Source: the human T2T-CHM13v2.0 reference genome, Homo sapiens. Taken from it: a stretch of 64,000 nt of DNA. Shown here one piece after another: positions 60,601 to 64,000 of this stretch. Position numbers and translations under genes: made by a program. The number at the start of each line of letters is the position of its first letter. Positions within the stretch are counted from its first letter, which is position 1. The notes beneath the pieces are model-generated. The model was not told the DNA's origin, made no database searches, and worked only from the letters and a program-made list of their open reading frames with translations. The DNA is taken from NCBI RefSeq assembly GCF_009914755.1, contig NC_060929.1; one strand, 5' to 3'.

Positions 60601-61058
60601 CAGACTTGCTCAGATTTTGAATACTCAACAATAAAAAAAATTATTTAAAATTTTTTAAAAATTCATTTGATTCATGTTTAAAATTAACACATATAATAAC
60701 ATCCCTAAAAATAATTACATTGGGAAATTAATTCAATTGTCTGTATATAACTATACTTTTGTTTAATAAAATCAGTTATAAGGAATGCATTATCTTTAGT
60801 TATGGATCAAAGGAAAAGAAAAGGCCATCATATTTAAAAATGTTGGGCTTTTTTGATTTTGAATTTTGAGTCAAGCTTGCTTGGAAAAAGAACAAGGCTG
60901 TTGTAGTACAGAACAATGCTTATGTCTTATCGGCAAAGTTTTACAGTGGTCATGGCTAACTGGGTGTAGTCTTGTCATTGATTTTTTCTAAAATGGTGAA
61001 GATCTTCATTTAACAAATTCAAAGCAAGTCTTTTTAATAGAATGAGTCATAACTGTGA

Positions 61059-61425
<367 letters not shown>

Positions 61426-62189
61426 TGCACTTGATAAACTTTAATTTCCATGCTTTGGTTTCTTGAATTCTGTAATTCTGACCCAAATAAAACCACTATC
61501 CATGTGAAAATCGTATTAAAAATATGTGTCTGTATATATATATGTATGCATGCGGAAATGCCCACAGAAACTCATGTGAATGAATGAATGAACAGATAAA
61601 TGAACAAAAAGTTTCTTCACATAATACTGATGACAAAGAGGTATATAATTTTTTGAAAAATCCAGTCATATGTCATTTTAGGGGGTCTCAAATACCTTAT
61701 TCTATTGCAAATATTTAAATCTCTTTTATCTAAACACATTAGGATTTTCTAATTTAAAGGAAAAATGACAGAATTTTATGACAAATTCTTTAGAAAACTA
61801 TTTGTGATCTTTTTCGGGGGGAACTTTAATATCTAGGAATTAAAGCTCAGTACTTTTCTCTGTGGCTGGAATAAAATCTGTATCTAATTATTTTCTGGGA
61901 CTTTACGTTGCTTGAAGATTTTTGCAAAATAATGCCAGGCCTCTAGCAAGGCATTAAATGTTAGTTCAATTCAGTTGTCATATGCCATTGTTTTGTAGTT
62001 GCTCCAGGTACAAGTTAAAACAACTTACCAAACGAAACGAAACTAAACAAAAACCTTGGCAGTATCTGTTTTGTTGTGAACCTCATTCAACCTGAAATTT
62101 AATTATGTTACCATGTGGGTTTGTAATGTGGATTAATAGTTTTATTGTATGCCTGTGATTAGTTTCTGTTTGTTCTAATTTCTTCTTAG

Positions 62190-62500
62190 CCCCTTCCTGA
62201 CCTTGAAGTGAAAAAACACAGAAGATGTATTCCTTCAATTTAATGCCAGTTTGAGGTGTTTCTCCTGCATCATCAGATCAATGAAAAGTAAATAGCCTAC
62301 ACTTCTTGTTTCACAGTGCAGTATTGATCTTTCTTCAGCTTTTGCTTCCCCTTTTCCCTGCGTCTTGTGTCTTTCAACCCCTGGGACTGAAGTGATTGCC
62401 ATAGATTGGACAAGCTAACAAGCGCATGATAAGGAACCGGTGTTTTGTGGCATACTCACATGCACATGCTTGGTATATAAAGCCTGCTTCTGCATTGAAA
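62190..62500 (+). promoter_or_regulatory. Candidate regulatory element or core promoter (unverified)
   Basis: TE-free; TGACCTTGA (62198-62206), reverse CCAAT (62405-62409), TGATAA (62427-62432), TATATAAAG (62474-62482). Confidence 0.25.
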
Positions 62501-64000
62501 GAAAGGTGCCATTTTGCGTGCATGGCACAAGCCACTAGGAGAAAGAACCAAAAGGAAAAAAATAAAAAAAAAAACAGGAAGGAAGATTTTATTTGCTATC
62601 CCAAATCTTTGCAGATAGTGCTAAATTAGGTGATGAAACTCCTGTGAAAAATAAAAGACAAGTAGCCTGCGGGAAAATGCCATATGCTTTTAGCTTTGGC
62701 AAATGACTGGATGTTGGCAGCCTGTGGGTAAGTGTCTACAATCCTTCAGCATCTATGCTTTCAAAAGAATATTTGTTATTATGATTTTTGTGGGTTTTCT
62801 TTGGTTTCACTTTTTACTTAAGGCTAGTTGCTAAATTGTTAATCTTAGCGTTTGCAAAATAGTTATAATTTGGATTCCGAATCCAATACTTAGAAATATG
62901 TATTTAAGCCACGTGTCTTCACAAGAAGCATTAGGAGATATATTTGCTTCTTTAACAATCTGACTGATCTGTGGCTTTTCTCTGAGGTGAAAAGAAATGT
63001 TTTTGTAAAGATGTGAACTGATCTAAGATGTCAAGTAATAGAAGGAAATGGATAACTTTGTAAAGCTTAGAAATACTTTGTTTTCTCCCTGCCTGTCTTT
63101 AACATGTTCATCGTAAAAATGAAAACCCTCCAAATTTTATTTTTGGGCCCTTCTGTATCCACAGATTTGTCTGGCATTGAAAAATGGATAAATGAATAAT
63201 TGATATTCTATCACATGCTATTGTCTCTTTACAGATGGATATTTTATGCTGGGCAGCTTGCAAGTTTTCTGACCTCACTTTAGGATGGTAGGGATCCAGT
63301 TTCTTGACTCTGACGTGGTTATAAGTTATTGGTGCCATTGGCTCCCAGCTCTGTAAACTAATATATTTATAAATAAGTTATCCTTTCTTTACTTTTTATG
63401 CTCTCATTCTGGAATTTAGTTTGAGATTCTACAGTCAGGCTGTCATTTGAGAGTCCATGGTTGAAAGGAGGTTCACATGACAGAGGAAATAAACAAAGCT
63501 TGTGTTTCTCATGGAGAAAAGTTGTGACCTCGATAAATGTTAATATAGCATGAAGATCTGTAGGGGATGTTAACTTATTACTAATTTTAAGGAAAAATCT
63601 TCCGATGCACAGGTTTCTGATTCTGATATGTAAATCACTGTACTGTCATATATAAACATCATATGAACACCATGGATACTGCTGCAATGCGGCTTTTGGC
63701 ACATTGCTGTCAGTATGATGCTTTTATATCATGCGCCTTTTGTTGTCTGAGCAGAATACAGAATACATGGAACAAATTAAGCAAAATGTTGGAGCTTCTG
63801 TATCTTACTCAGGTTTTATGACTTGTATACTTCTTGGATTTGGATGATTGTTCTAACCCAAGCTATTATGTAATCCTTAGGGTAACGCTACTGCTGATTT
63901 GAAAGCTATTAATTTTCTATTACAGTGTGCTAAAGATGTTCTATAGTGTGGCACTCACCTGCATTATTGAGTCAATGACCAATTGCAGAGTTGTTCTGTG

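Overview
This is AT-rich, CpG-depleted primate nuclear DNA, probably from a great ape (human, chimpanzee, bonobo or gorilla), and it looks intergenic or intronic. It is dominated by interspersed repeats: Alu (J/S/Y, FLAM), L1s of many ages, L2/MIR, MaLR LTRs (MLT1, THE1, an MST provirus), a 5'-truncated HERV-L provirus carrying a nested MER41A solo LTR, and Tigger DNA transposons. I see no intact host protein-coding gene, rRNA, tRNA or CRISPR array. Every ORF with a recognisable product is a decayed transposon fragment, and I found no novel coding system. The most notable signals are structural. (1) An ERV-L/MST block at ~40.0-47.2 kb is truncated at both ends. Its two junctions each carry a short copy of nearby L1MC sequence (41-bp direct, 24-bp inverted), suggesting a fixed template-switching rearrangement. 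(2) There are two twin-primed (5'-inverted) L1s, one very young and possibly not the human-specific subfamily. (3) Two local fold-back/palindrome scars lie at ~6.1 kb and ~48.1 kb. (4) Several TE-free, motif-dense blocks may be regulatory elements or lncRNA exons. Subfamily names come from remembered consensus sequences, not from a database search, and boundaries of old repeats are approximate.
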